Source: Takakia lepidozioides (lineage: Eukaryota; Plantae; Bryophyta). Taken from it: a stretch of 64,000 bases of DNA. This document shows positions 9,550 through 23,215 of this stretch, piece after piece. The stretch is taken from assembly GCA_030704615.1 (NCBI GenBank), contig CM060731.1, positions 63,488,001-63,552,000 on the forward strand, written 5' to 3'. The position numbers were made by a program, and so were the translations under genes. Every line of letters starts with the position of its first letter. Within the stretch, counting starts at the first letter, position 1. The notes under the pieces were generated by a model. The model was not told the DNA's origin. It made no database searches and saw only the letters and a program-made list of their open reading frames with translations.

Positions 9550-12500
9550 TCAGGAGAAGCCGAAGAGGGGGTTTCTGTGTCCCTCCCACGAAGGCGGAAT
9601 TATGGCTACCAAAATACAGGTGAGGTCACTGGAGTATGTGCAAATGAGCCCATTGTTGCCCCAGGTGGCCTTGAATGTGTAGATGAGGGCAGGCAGACGC
9701 TCTGGTTTCCTGGCCGCCACTGCACACAGAGATGCCCAAGCCTTCTTAGCTGCTATTGTTAGATAAAAAAAAACTAGAGACAGTATATGTGTGGCCGAGG
9801 TCTCTCCTTTGTTTATGGCCCATGCACAACGGCTTTTCCACAAATTCCAGAGAACCGACCATCTTAGAGCCTCAAAAACCGGACAGTCCGAAGCTTTGGA
9901 TTTTTGCCTCTGGTTGTAGTTAAGAAGGATTGCCAGAGATCCGAAGGCCACGGTTTCCCAAGACCTGTAGAAGCCTTTAGCCAAAGGCCAAGCAAAAGGG
10001 GCCAGACAATGGAGAAGACAGTGCTCAAGGGTTTCAATAGTCTGGTTGGCACAACATTGGCAGAGGAGTGCCTCATTGAAACTTAGAAATTGGCCCACCT
10101 TGAGAACCCTATTTGCAACTTGTCATAAAAAAGCACTGATCTTAGCTGGTTTAGTTTTTTCCCAAATAAGGGACCAGATCCCTTTCCAGTCTTCCTGATT
10201 GAAGTTCTCATGACTCCATCTATCCTCCCATTTAGTGGTTAAGGGCTTGGCATTGAGCATAGCCTTGTAGCCCTTTTTGGCCGAGTAGGAAAGCAGGAGG
10301 TGTAGCTCCTCTTGAAAAGCCCACTTCCATTCAGCTGGGTCCAGCTGCAGCAATGCAAGACTTGAGTTCCCAAAGAGTATGAAATTTTCCTTACTGAGCC
10401 AGGTAAGCGTGTCCATTCCTATGGGCACTGATGGATTGAAGGGCTTATCTGGGGTGGACCAATGGCAAATCCGTGCCGGGCTGGTATTTGTGGATTGGAG
10501 TGAGATGGCATCTTGGCTGGTTAGAGAGAGCCGTCCCGAGAGATCGTCTGCCTGGAACAACGATTGCAGCCTACAGTGTCCATTTTTTGACGTAAATGCG
10601 TCATTTTTCCTGTACATAGTTTGTTGGTTTTGATCTACAATCTTATATTTCTATGAAATTTCTTAAAAGGGACTCACAACATTGTACCTATCTACATGTA
10701 GTATCTACATTCTCAGACTTGCCCCCAAAAACCGTTATCTCTACAAGTGATGGACTTTATGAAAAGTCCATAAGCTTTTGTTACAGTCCATACAAAACTT
10801 GTTATGGACTCATTATCTATTAGATTTTGTAACATAATTGGAATAAGGGACTTGGCCCTCCCTTGCTATTATGATAAAGAATCTAGTGTGAGATTTTTTT
10901 AATATTTTTACTCATTAAATTAAATTTTATGTACTTTATCAACCTACCAATAACAGCCATTTTCATAAAGTCCTTTACAATATGAAAACCAAAACACCCC
11001 ATGAGTTGTCTTCATTAAATACAACTATTTATTATAGATGAAGGGTGGCCCAAGGTCAAATTTTCAAAAACATGTACTTTTGTGATTATGGTCAAGTTTG
11101 GATTACGTCACCGACAACACGTGACGACATATATCCTCCATAACATCTTTATTTTTCCCATTTGAAATGACAGTATCCCAACAATAGACGTTCCACATGA
11201 TATAATGCAAGTGAATCCATGTTTTGGGTTTTTTTTCACGATTTTTGTTTTTTTATCTTATGTACTTTTATGTAGGCCACATCTTCAACTTTTTTGTCCA
11301 CTCTTCGTTGCAACTACCCGGAAGTAGAACCCCTTGAGCGAGTCCTGGCCAACTTCTGAGACATATAGAATTTGTAGGGACTTAGAGTTATGGACAACCC
11401 ACTGGTTTGGCCGAAGAGGACCAGGGCCAGCTTTGAGAATCAATTCCCAGGAGTCTGGAATGAATCGAATAATGATAGAGATACCAGATCTAAGACGGTT
11501 GGCTCCTAAGGCCATGTAGAGAGATTGAGGGGTGCTCTCCCACAAGTCGTTGACAGTGGAGATTCCCCTAGTTTCCCAAGCAACCCATCTTTTGGCTGAA
11601 GCGCGGTCCTCCATAGAGGGGTTTGGATTGTTGAGGAACAAGTGTTGCCTAAGGGTTTCTTGAAAAGTGGTGGGCTCTTGTTTCCTCAAGAATGGCCTTA
11701 GGCTATTCCAGGACTTCCAAATTGTAGACCAAAGAGGGGAGCCTATGGACTTGTGATTAAAACCTTGAAGGAGCCAGCGGCTTGACTGTTGCCATTGAAC
11801 CTGCTGCAGAGGGGTAGAGGAGGATATAGTGGAAGAGACCATGAGCTTCCACCAGCCTCCTTCTGGACCAATGAATCTTGGAATCCATTTCCCTAGAAGA
11901 GCCTTGATTTGCGTAGCTGGATCAAGAACACCTAGACCTCCCATCTTTTTGGGGAGACATATTTGGGCCCAAGACACTTGAGGTCTTTTGTTTTGTGAGG
12001 AGGAAGAGCCCCCCCAGATAAAGTTCCTAATCAGTCTTCTGACTTCTTTGATAATTTTGGATTCAGGACCCCAGGTGGAAGCAAAGTACCAAATACTTGC
12101 TAGTATGATTTGATTAGCCACTAGTGCCCTACCTGTGATAGAAAGGTGGCATGATCCCCAGTATGCAAGGTGGCGCTTCAGTTTTTGAATCGTTGGCTCC
12201 ATCCTCTGTTCCTCAGTCAGGTTGATGCCGAATGTGCGTCCCAGTAGTGTGGTGGGCTCCCCTTTTTTAAGCCATTGCAGGCCAAGATGCAGCTGCCCCC
12301 AGGTAGGAGAGGTACCAATGGTTGATTTTGAGGTGTCTCCTAGAAGTAAGGCTTTGGTCTTGGCCCAGTTGACCCTGAACCCAAAGACACTACAGAATTG
12401 GGCGAGCGTGGATTCTGCAGCTGCTAAGGAGGAGCAGCCTGCCTGAAGAAGTAGGAAGTGTCATCAACGAACATGGAATCCTTGATTTCCTTCTAGCGGT

Positions 12501-14200
12501 TGTCTCTGGGGCATTGTGGTTTTAGACCTTTCACCTGAGGGTTGTTGTCTACCATGTGTCCGAGTGCATCAGCCACGAACAAGAAGAAAAAGGGGGCCAG
12601 AGGGCAACCTTGCCTCACAGACCTCTGGAGAGGAAAGGGTTTCGATAGATGCCCATTGATCATGACCCTGTTGGTAGCCCATTGTAGCAGAATATGAACC
12701 CATTGACAGAAGCCTGGAGGGATGCCAGATTTGCGAAGCACTGCCATGAGAAAGGGCCAGTCGACCTTGTCGAAAGCTTTCTCAAAGTCTAGGAGCCAAA
12801 GGGCCAAAGACTGGCCAGTATTGCAAGCAAAGTTGTTAGCCTCCTGAGCTAACAACACGTTGTCCAGGATGTATCTACCCTTGACATAGCCAGCCTGCCC
12901 TGATCTAATCATGGAAGGTAGTAGGGCTTTGGATGCGGAGGGCTAGGGTTTGAACAATAATTTTATAGGCCACGTTGAGTAAGGTGATAGGTCTATTATT
13001 ACTGAGGTTAGCCCTATCTCCTTTCTTGAAGAGCAAGGTGATTACTCCCTGAGTCATGGAAGCAGGCATGAAGCCTTTGGCTTTGATGTCGTTCGCCATA
13101 TCACAGAAGTCTTTGGAGATGGTTGGCCACAAGGATTTGTAAAAATTCTACTGGCATCCCATCGATGCCAGGAGTTTTGTTGTTGTTCATTGCCTTGAGA
13201 GCCATCTCCAGCTCTTTTGGGGAGGGTAGAGAACGTCCTTTGGGTCAGCCTGGAAAAGAGAAGCAAAGTGTCTGAAGGCTGAGGCCCCCATTTGCTAGGG
13301 GTTGGAAGTTGCGACCCCTGGGATCTCTGTATAAAGCTGCAAGATGGTTTGGCTATCTCTACGGAGTTTCAACTTCTGGAAGAAGTACTTGGTCATCTTC
13401 TCACCCTTGGTAGACCAATTTATTCCCGCTTGCATCTTCATTTTGTTTTCTTGAAAGAGGAGGTAGCTATCCATGTTTTGGCGCGCTTCCAAGTAAGTTT
13501 GGTAAGTATGGGCATCGCAAGACTTGGATTCCAGCTTCTTTTGGCAAATGCCAAGGCATTTTTTAAGAGCCAGAGTCTTTCTTTTCTTTGCTGTGGCTAA
13601 GTCCCTACTGAGGTCTTGACTGACTTTGCAAGTAGCTGCCAACTTGGCTTGGAATCTAAGTATGGGGCACAGGTACTGGTTTGCTGAGGATAGCCAGGTA
13701 GATTTTAGGCTATCAGTAAAAGAGGAGAACTTGAGGTGGGAGGAATTGAGCCGGAAGATCCCTTTATCGCTGGGATGGGAATTGGGCAGTTTGAGAGAAG
13801 CTGAGACTAGGGCATGATCAAAACGCATGGGAATAGGGTCCTGAGGGTCCAAGAAGGTAACAGGGGAGAAAGAGACAGAGGTATAGAATCTATCAAGCCT
13901 AGCCATACTGAGATCAGTGATATCTCTGTTGTTTGTCCATGTGAAGAAGGGGTTGGAGCCTGCTGGGTCGTTGGGAGGTCCTTCCATTTCAGCCAGGCTG
14001 TGGGTCTGGGTTAGACAGTGCCAAGATTGTTCTTCCTCAAGGCTCATGTGAATTGTGCCCTTGCCTATCATATCCCTTGCACTCTCTACCATATTGAAGT
14101 CTCCTGCAATTACCCATTTAGTGATATCTTTTTGGTCAGTCATGAGAAGGGATATCTTGTGCCAGCAGCTCATTCTAGGGAGTCATTAAAAGCGTGAATA
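9550..14200 (-). pseudogene. LINE-1 ORF2 (partial AP endonuclease, RT, zf-RVT), multiple frameshifts
   Basis: WVIAGDFN…FTWTN…RLDRFY…DHALV; RPITLLNVAYKI; LDFEKAFDKVDW; RQGCPLAP; KISAFL…CQCC…ETLEHC. Confidence 0.93.
10558..11313. mobile_element. 756-bp AT-rich insertion interrupting LINE-1 ORF2 (non-autonomous DNA element, class uncertain)
   Basis: Removing it restores …KGFYFQADD…. Imperfect 10-bp flanking duplication ctgcctggaa (10548-10557) / ctacccggaa (11314-11323); short inverted ends caacga/tcgttg. Confidence 0.7.
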
Positions 14201-16928
14201 TGAAGCCTATGGGATTTGTGTTATTCGGGAACATGAGAGAACAGAATTGGGTCCTTCCCGTTTTTTAATGTGAACGAACAAGACGAGGGTGCTTGGCTGC
14301 TTTGGGAGGGGATTACCCGCCCTGTCAAGAGGGATGTATCTGACTGAGCTCTGAAGGGAGGTATGGATTGAAAGAGGAGAGGGAAGGGGTGTGGATCCAA
14401 GACCTAGGATTAAATTGAGCCGATGCGGGGGCGGAGGGTAGGGGATTGAGGGTAGAATTTTCCAGTCTTTGCTTCGCATTGGAAAGGAAAGGGAGTCGGA
14501 TGGTATACACAGGATCTTACAATACTTGCTTGTGATGTGATCAACCGAGAAGCAGAGTAGAGAAATTGACTGAGAGGGAGGAAGCAGACTTACAAGATTG
14601 GATGGTGAAGGGAAGGGTGCAGGTGTCGGGGAGGGCAGCAACGATGGTACTTGGAGGGTGGGCCTTGATAGGTGCTGGGAGTCTACTGGCGAATTCTGCG
14701 TGAAGAATTGTGAGATCTACAGGTCCGAGGAGCTGGAGGTGGAGAATGAGCCAATGGGATCGTAAGATGGCCTTCGATGCGCCTGCGGTCGATATCATCA
14801 TTCTGATCTTCAACCTCCAAGTCAAGAGCGGCCTTGAGAATGGAGAATGCGTTGCCAAGGGTGCCTTTGGCTCTTGTTAAGGCCTTGCTTGGAGTGCAAG
14901 GACCATCAAAGTGATCTGGCTCAGCCCAGACTCCCGGTAGAGTAGAATCGCTGGTATTTAGGAGGTTTGCGTCCATGAGAGCCATGATGTAGGTGTTGGG
15001 AGTGAGTTCTTTTAGCAAAGCTGGGAAGGTCTCGATGTAGGAACCCCAAGTGACTGGAGAGTGAGGGGGCTGAGAGTAGAGGGGAAGGTTGTTTTTTAGG
15101 TAAGTCTGAATTTTGCTGCATAATGTAGGAATGGGTGAACTGTCCATGGGGGTCTTGGATAGGAAAGATTGTATATCATGAACCGAGATCCAGATGGAGT
15201 CAAAGCTCATGTTGTCCCTTGCAGTGACCTGCAGAAATGCCAAATTGGGCTTCCTCTTGAAGATCATTGGGGTGAGGCAAGTGGTGACTGGATCCCCTGT
15301 GGATGTAAGCTGTGAGCAACCTCTGAGAGGCAGTGAGGGGAAAGTGTCGAGAGTAGCATAGATTCTTGTAATCGTTGAATTGTAGGCCACCAGGGAGGGA
15401 CGGAGTCGGAGCAGGGTCCACAGGAGTCCTCTTGTGGATATTGGGGCAGGCTTTCCCCTTGCTTTTTGCTTGCTCCATTTCCAGGAGATTATTCCAGGTA
15501 TTGGAAGCGGGGTGGGTCCCGAGGGAAAAGGTGTTGGGGAAAGTGCCTTGAGAATGTTGGAAGAGGAAGAACCTTGGATGCTTGCTGCCCCGAAGTCCTG
15601 GCTGCTGGGTCCCTTGCCTTTATGTGATCTAGAAGCCGATGCTGAGGTTGCTTCCACTACTATGGGGTCCAGGATTGTTCTCCTTTTCTTGGCCGGAGGG
15701 GAGGTGGAAATCTGATTAACTGCGGAGTCCTAATGTTGGAAGCTAAAGGCATGGACGGGCTGCATGTTGGCATTATTCAGAGGGGGTGGGTGACTGAGAG
15801 AAATGTCTCGGCTGTTGAGGTGAACTTGAGGGTTGGGAATAGTGGCAGGGTCTGACTTTTGAATAAGCAATGAGTTTCTAGGCTCCTCCTGAGTGTTGAG
15901 CATTGTTTTCCTTTTGGATTGAGGGCATTGTTTCTTGCGGTGCCCTGATTTGCCACAACAATAACAGGCTGAAGCCGACGTGTCTTCTGACACTTTGACT
16001 GAGAAATAGTTGCCTTGATTGTCAATAGGAAGCCTTATGAATGTTGGTAGGATCTTGTCAATAGGCATGAGCACCACTATTTTTGCAAACCCATTTTCGT
16101 GGACCTTTGAGGAAATGGTTGCTCCCCTCTAATCTGGGTGCAGTCTCAAGAATGACACATTCATGCTGGGGTCAAATACAGCCAAGCAACCCAGAAATGC
16201 TCCAAAAAAGTTTCCAATCGCAGGAAGGCTGAACATGTATTGATCAGGAATATAAGGAAGCGAAATGATCCTAGGGCCCCATATCTTGCCGTTCCTGTTA
16301 CCCATGCATTTGGACCAGGGAAAGATATTGACGTTGAGTCCATGCAGCTGGGGGTTGAACGCTCGGGCCTTGTCCACCGCCTCTGTGGAGTCAAAGAGGA
16401 TGGAGAAGAATCATTGACCTCTCGCATGGCAAAAATGATTCTGCAGCTCACCCGATCCTCCAAAATGGCGAATTGCCCAGTCTCTTGCTTGGTTCCTGGT
16501 CACTCATTTGCCTGGAAAATGTAGAAGAACCCCTTTGCTCTCTGAGCAACATCAGATTATATCTGGCCTAATTCCAAGGGAACTAGCGGTCATCTTCAGT
16601 CATCGCGAGTTGCAGGGTTTTTGAGTCACTGAGAGATTCTCCTGAAGTCTCTGTTGGCGAGCTGACAGGAAGAGGTGGCCGGAAGCTTGAGGTCCCTGCT
16701 GCTTGTACACCATGGTTTGTGGGCAGAGAGGGGAGACCCAGAGAGTTGGGGTGAGGGGGACGAGATACCTCAGGGGGGCCATGCGAGATGAGGCCCATGG
16801 AGAGGTTTTGGATGCACAATGAAGAATCCAGTCCCTGTAGAGGGGTGAAGGCAACGGGGGTCTACAAACTTTGAGGGTCCCGACCTGGAGGGAGCTGAAT
16901 TGAAGGCTTTGTTGAGAAGAGGCGCCAT
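14200..16928 (-). pseudogene. LINE-1 ORF1 (RRM/DUF4283-like region, zinc knuckle, extra C-terminal domain)
   Basis: NVNIFPW…GNRNGKIWGPRIISLPYIP; CYCCGKSGHRKKQC knuckle; fragments parallel LINE-2 ORF1; candidate ATG at 16928. Confidence 0.8.
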
Positions 16929-17867
16929 GGACGGATTGGAGAGATTGAGGATGGAGAGAGAGGCGAAGTGAAGAAAGCGTGCTGGCTGGTCAGTGAGAAA
17001 GGAATCGCAAGAACGCAGTCCAGCTGAACGAGCTGAAGTGAGCTCTCAATCCCAACTAAGAGGAGGAGGAGAGTGCACCAGAGGTCAAGAACTTGAAGCT
17101 GATCAGCTGCAGGCGCGATAGCAGCTGGAAGGCCGGGGGGATGAATTTAGTGATGACGGCTGTTTGGAGGCTTAAGCCAGGGAGTGGCAGTGAACATGAT
17201 TTAGATGGCAGAGAGATGATTGGTTAGGAAGTTTTGACAGGGATTATGGGATTAGGGGCTTGTGAGGTTGGCGGCTGTGCTTTAAGGAGAGTTATTAGAG
17301 GTGACATGAGGAGGGATCACCAAGCATGCCACAAGGATGAATAAGGACGGGTTCATCTGAACAGTGGCTCAAAACTGAAGCCTATGGAGGGATGTTTAGT
17401 ATAGCACAAAGGAAATGATAAGTCAAATGATGCATGCGGTACAATGCAGGGCACTTAGGACGAGTGAGTGGTGATTGGAAAGATGGGGAGGTTGCCACGA
17501 TTCGCAGGGTAGGGTTGCTGGGGGAGAGGCTTCAGAGGAGGCCAACAGAGCTCTGTCACACACCGCAAACCGCGGAGCTCCTCCTCCGCCTCCATCCTTC
17601 CGTCTACCAGCCATATTAAATTTCCATTGGTCATTCACACTATATATATCTATATATATATGGTGATAGCTAATGAAATGTCAAAACTACTAATATTAAA
17701 TTTTCTATACTCTGACAATTAATTATGTAGATCTATTGCATTATGATCATACATCAACAAATTCAAACAATTTCATATTGAAAATGAAATAAATATCAAC
17801 ACCATTAATATATCCCAAAAAAATATTGCCAAAAGGCAAAACAGCGCATAAAATGGAGAACCTTACG

Positions 17868-18250
17868 AATAATGTATGAAGTTAATGCACGCATGTGATA
17901 TCTGACAAGACGGTAAGCCGGTTTCCGGCATATCGAACCTTCCCCACCCCTCTTAAAGAATGGAATGCATGACACTAGAATAAAGTTACATCTTAGATGC
18001 AATGACACGGAAATGAGAGTCACTCCACTGAGTGTAACTCCTACTTGGACTTACATCTGGTCTTGAAATTTAATTAAGTCCAAATTATATTATAGCCTAG
18101 GTATAAAATGTATTATGATGAATTATACAAGACAAGGGGTGACACAAACCATAAAAGCCAAAAGGTCGCACTACCACCCGTCAAGAATCAAACCTTGCAC
18201 CTCATCGCCTCCATTACCATCATCTTATCAATATACTACTTACCACTGTC
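17868..18250 (-). repeat. Dispersed repeat with degenerate tRNA-like segment; inverted relative to the copy at 26655-26947
   Basis: aataatgta.gaa.ttaat…tttccggcat…ttccccaccc and gagtgtaactc are shared with the reverse complement of 26820-26947. Fragments also at ~8390-8470 and ~60066. Confidence 0.65.
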
Positions 18251-19557
18251 TAGCAATCTCTTGCATTCCAAAGTATAGGAATGCAATATTGTAAGCATAG
18301 GCTTCTAGTTGGTGAGCCTATGAGCTTGGACATAACACCATGGGCTCACATGATGAACAATCACAGGATAAATATGTATAACCGTCGAAATAAGTTTAAC
18401 TCATCTCCACAAATTATATGTTTTTATGATATGTCATAACACCACAATTATGATGTTTAAAAAAAAAAACCATCTAAACACAAAGTACTCAACAATGTGT
18501 AACAATTTGAAAATCAGAGAACAATAAAATACGATGCATGTTCGAGTTCAAGCGTTTGTGTCGCTAGAACTAACTCTTGTTACAGCTCGCCAATGAACTA
18601 TTGTTGTTTTGATGTCGTTGTTTTCTGAAACTATATATACGTAATTTTAGAAAATTTAAAAATACAAATGTCCCATTTATAGCGTGATGAGAACCAAAAA
18701 TAAATAATAAATAAAATAAAATAAAAAAACAATCGCATGTCATTCATCGTGGAATTCAACAGTTCGCCAACAAACTGTTGATTTTTCAGTATCTTCCATT
18801 TACAACATATGTGTTGCATTAGCCAAGCCTACATTATTTTTCAAATGTTTTTTAAATCTTTAAAACGGACAATACAAAACTTGTACAACGTGGTCGCATC
18901 ATATATTCACCAAATATTAACGATTCATTTCACAATTGTTTCATTGCAAATAAATCAACGGGAATAAGGGTCATACATATATATCAGGTCCGGATTTTAT
19001 TTGGAACGTCTGTCAGAATATTGGGCTTACGATTCGCTAATCATGAAATATTCCCAAATTAGTGTCTATGTGTGAGCCTACAAACAACGACTATGTAGTT
19101 GTGTCGTTGTCTAAAATATTGGGAATGAGACCCATCAAAAAAGCCCCACACTGCCTAAATCCGACGATAGTACCTTCAGATCATATGCCTGCGTTAAACT
19201 CTTATATATATATATATATATAAGGGATTGTAGCCCTGATTATTTTTATTATATTTTTGGTTGGCCGATTTGGGATTATTCGGGGGAAAAAATTAAAACC
19301 CCTATTTTCGCCATAAGGCACACACACCGTTATCAGTGAAGTTAGAAACCGTACCCTCATTGAGGTAAACTGAGCCAAAGAGGCCCCGAACATGACCCCT
19401 CGGAGAGGGAAGTGTTAACTATGGTTACCAAAAACGAGAACCCTAGGATTTATGTTACTACCCCGGAGGAAGAAACATGAACCAGAAGTCACACATGAAT
19501 ACAGAGAGTAATGGCACCAGCGTGAGTTAGTGCATTGCCTAGGGATTGGTAATGCTA

Positions 19558-22500
19558 TTACACCTGCCTAAACTGAAGACGGGAGGCTTTAGAAGAGCCC
19601 TTAAGATGTTTCCAGTTTATCTCTCGATCGAACTCAGACGACACTGTGGAGTGTGTTGCGAATTCCTCTCTAGCTGGGTGGGGGCAGGTCTGGCCAGACA
19701 AATGTGTTTGGATTTGCGTTGCTGCAGATGAGGCCTCGATTACCCTAGGTGGTGCGGAATTTATCATGGGAAGCCCATGCGATCTCTGGTTACCGTTGGA
19801 TCTGTGCACAATGCGTGGCCCAAGCCTTCCTGGATTCTGTTCCAAGGTCATAGAAAACATATGTGAGAAGAGCTGAAACTGTAGAAGTTTGTCCTGAGAA
19901 AGTTCTAGAGCATCTTGCTTTCTAGAGGTGCCAAAGTGTGCTGCCTCTAAGTGTTTCGAAAACAGGGCAATGAATAGCTTTCTTTTTTGTTGTTGCGTCA
20001 TAGTTTAGAAGCAGGATCGTGGGAGAGAGAGGAATGTGGTTCCAACAGGAGTAAAAGTTTTTGATAAGTGGCCAAATGATGGCTGCTGCTTGGCACGAGA
20101 TGAGACAATGTTCGAGGCTTTCCATGATTCCTGATGAGCAGCAGGAGCAAAGGAGGGCGTCCTGAAATTGTAACCATTCGCCCACCTTGAGCACTCTGTT
20201 AGCAACTTGCCAGAGGAACGCTTGGATTTTGGCAGGCCTGGACATTAGCCACATAGAGCCCCAGATTGCGGACCAGTTCTCATCTCTAAATCCCAGGTGC
20301 CCCCCATCTTGACTCCCACTTTGCTTTTAGTGAAATTGGCAGGGACAAAGCCTTGTAACCTTTTTTGGTGGTGTACGAAAAGAAGGGTTCTGGTTGTCTT
20401 CCAAACTCCCAAGACCATTCGGAAGGATCAAATTGCAGCTCAACAAGGGGCTTGCCAAGAATCCAGATAAATGTGGCAGAGGCAAGCCAGGCTGAGTGAG
20501 AAAGACCTGGGGGGGTTGGGGATCCATTTCTTTCGGAGAAGTAGACCAATAGCAAACTCTGACTGGTGTAAGAGGGTTGGGGGGTAGGATGACAGGTTCT
20601 TGTGAATGAAGATGGAGGGTTAGAGTGAGAGGGTCAATGTGGAAAGCGTAGGCGACGTGGTTGCTTGAGGTGGAATGGTTAACAAATAGGATGGTAAGAA
20701 GGTTGTTGTGAATGGTAAGCGCCCAGTAGTTGTGTGATGGAAAAATAGGTCCAGTGTTCAGATGCCCAATCCATGTTTGGTCAATGTTCTGAATAAGGTT
20801 TGAGTACGACTTGCTTGCTCTAGCCTTTCCCACTGTTGAAGCAATGAGATCCTGCGATTTGACTCCATTGCCCTGCCACAGGTTACCCATTTGGGAGATA
20901 CCCAGGTTGTCCCATGTTGACCAGCGGCTTGCCTCTTTTCGTTGGGAAGGGCTTGGCTTGTTGGTATTAAGGAAAAGGTATTGATGAAGGATCTCGAAGT
21001 AGTTAGAGGGTTCATGTTTTTTGAGAAAGCCTCGCAGCCTCCCCCAAGCCTGCCAGATAGAGTTCCATAGACTGGATCCCACTTTTTTGAAGTTGAAACC
21101 GTTGACAATCCATCGAAATGATGGTGCCCAAGAGGCATTTTTTAAAGGGGAGGCCATTAGAATATTGTCTGCCACGATGAACTTCCACCAACCTCCCTCG
21201 GGGCCCATGAACCGAGGTATCCATTTACCTAGAAGGGCTACAATCTGTTTTTCAGGGTCGATGATGCCCAACCCTCCCTGTTTTTTGGGGAGACATATTT
21301 GGCTCCACGACACTTGGGGTCTTTTACCCTGTGATGACGATTCAGCCCCCCAGATGAAATTACGCAGCAGTTTTTTAACCTGTTGGATTTGGGTCGAATA
21401 GGTCTCTCGATCCCCAAAAAGCCAATTTCCTCTTCAGCTTGTTCAAAATAGGTGTAAATCTCTGCTCGTCAGTGAGGTCAAGTCCGAATGTATAGCCTAG
21501 CAGGGTTGTGGATTGGCCTGGTTGCAGCCATTTGAGGCCTAGATTGACCCCCCATGTAGGAGCGATACCTAGGTTGTTGTTTGAGAGGTCCCCTACTATA
21601 AGAGCACAAGTTTTGTTCCAATTCACCTTGAATCCAGACGCTGAGCAAAATAGTTGCAGGCATTCCGCTGCTTTGTCAAGGTTCTGAGTTTCTGCCTGAA
21701 GAATGAGAAAGGTATCATCGACAAACATAGAATCAAGAACCTGAGTAGGTTGTTGAGTGATGTAGTTATTGACTCTCAGTCCAGTCAGATGAGCTTTATG
21801 TTGAAGAGTGTAACCAAGGCTGTCTGCCACCACTAGAAATAAGAACGGGGATAGTGGGCAGCCTTGACGAACTGATCTAAGGAGGGAGAAGGGTTTGGAT
21901 AAAACCCCATTGGTGATGACCCTGCTGGTGGAAGTGGATAGAAGGATCCTGACCCACTGACAAAACGATTGCGGGAAGCCTATTTTGGCCAGTGCTGCAA
22001 GAAGAAAAGACCATTCGACCCTGTCGAATGCCTTTTCAAAGTCCAAGAGCACCAGTGCAATAGCTTGTTTCGTTTGCTTTGCATATTGAGGGATCTCCTG
22101 GGCCAACAGTAAATTATCCATTATGTATCTGCCTTTGATAAATCCCGTTTGATTCGGTCTGATAAGGGAGGGCAACAGGGGCTGCAAGCGAAGGGCGAGA
22201 GCTTTGGCAATGATCTTGTATGCCACATTCAGCAATGTGATAGGTCTGTAATTAGAGAGGTTTGTCCTATCTCCCTTCTTATACAACAATGTAATGACTC
22301 CTTGGGACATTGCAGGTGGCATTGCCTGACAATGAAACAAGTAGTTAGCCATAAGGGTGAAGTCCCCTGAAATCTCTGACCAAAGCTCTTTGTAGAACTC
22401 TGCAGTGATGTCGTCCATGCCTGGGGCTTTATTGTTTTTAAGCTTGAGAAGCGCTTCTTCCAGTTCATAGTCTGTGAATTCTCCCTCCAATGTTTGCGCC

Positions 22501-23215
22501 TTATGCCTAGTTAGGATAGAGGGAGTGTGGGCCAGGCAGTCCTTCTGCAGCTGGGAAGGCTCCAGGCTGATGTGAGTGCTATGGTATAGATTCCCAAAGT
22601 GAGTGGCTGCCAATTTAGCCAGTTCCTTGGGGTGTGAAACCAGATTCCCTGAAACTTGATCGATCAATTCCGTGATGTTTTGGACCACCCTGCGAAGCTT
22701 GGTTTTTTCAAAGAAATATTTGCTCATTTTCTCTCCCTTGGTGGACCAGTTCACTCCTGACCCCCATGATGATCCAACTGTCAATGTTGGGCTGAGCCGT
22801 CATTTTGTCCGAGAGTGGACCAAAATTGGCTCCTGTCAGAAGAAATATTTGGCGCATAAATGTTAACCAGACCCAACATGCCTGTGTTGTTTGGGAGCTT
22901 TAGGGCACAAAATTGGAGGCGTCGAAGGATCCAAGATTCTTCAGCTACGAGCAAAGGTTGCAGAGAGGGCGAGAGAAGGATGGAGGTGCCACCTCGGCTG
23001 CCCTGAGAGGTTGTTTTCCAAAGGGCATTGGCCCTTGGCCACAGGTGATCCGTAAGTAGATTGATTTTTGGTTGGTTCAATTTGTTTCCTTGTAGAAAGA
23101 CTATTGAGTCTTTCTGCAGGAATGGATTGAGCCAAGATTTAATCTTGACTCTCTTGAGAGCAGCTGGGTCCATTCCCAGCTCTCTGATATTCCATGAATG
23201 AAGGTCAATTAACAT
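19558..23215 (-). pseudogene. LINE-2 ORF2 (endonuclease N-terminus, internal deletion at ~22780, RT, zf-RVT)
   Basis: MLIDLHSWNIR…LVNIYAPN; KAPGMDDITAEFY; NYRPITLLN; RQGCPLSPFLF; MFVDDT; KIQAFLWQ…CSCC…ESLEHC. Confidence 0.93.

Larger units (their letters stand above)
8922..17638 (-). mobile_element. L1-clade LINE, near full length, decayed (LINE-1)
   Basis: ORF1 and ORF2 remnants; (AAAT)-rich tail at ~8922-8952; candidate TSD ACTATATAT at 8913-8921 and 17639-17647. Boundaries are supported by the empty-site paralogue at 60.7 kb. Confidence 0.9.
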
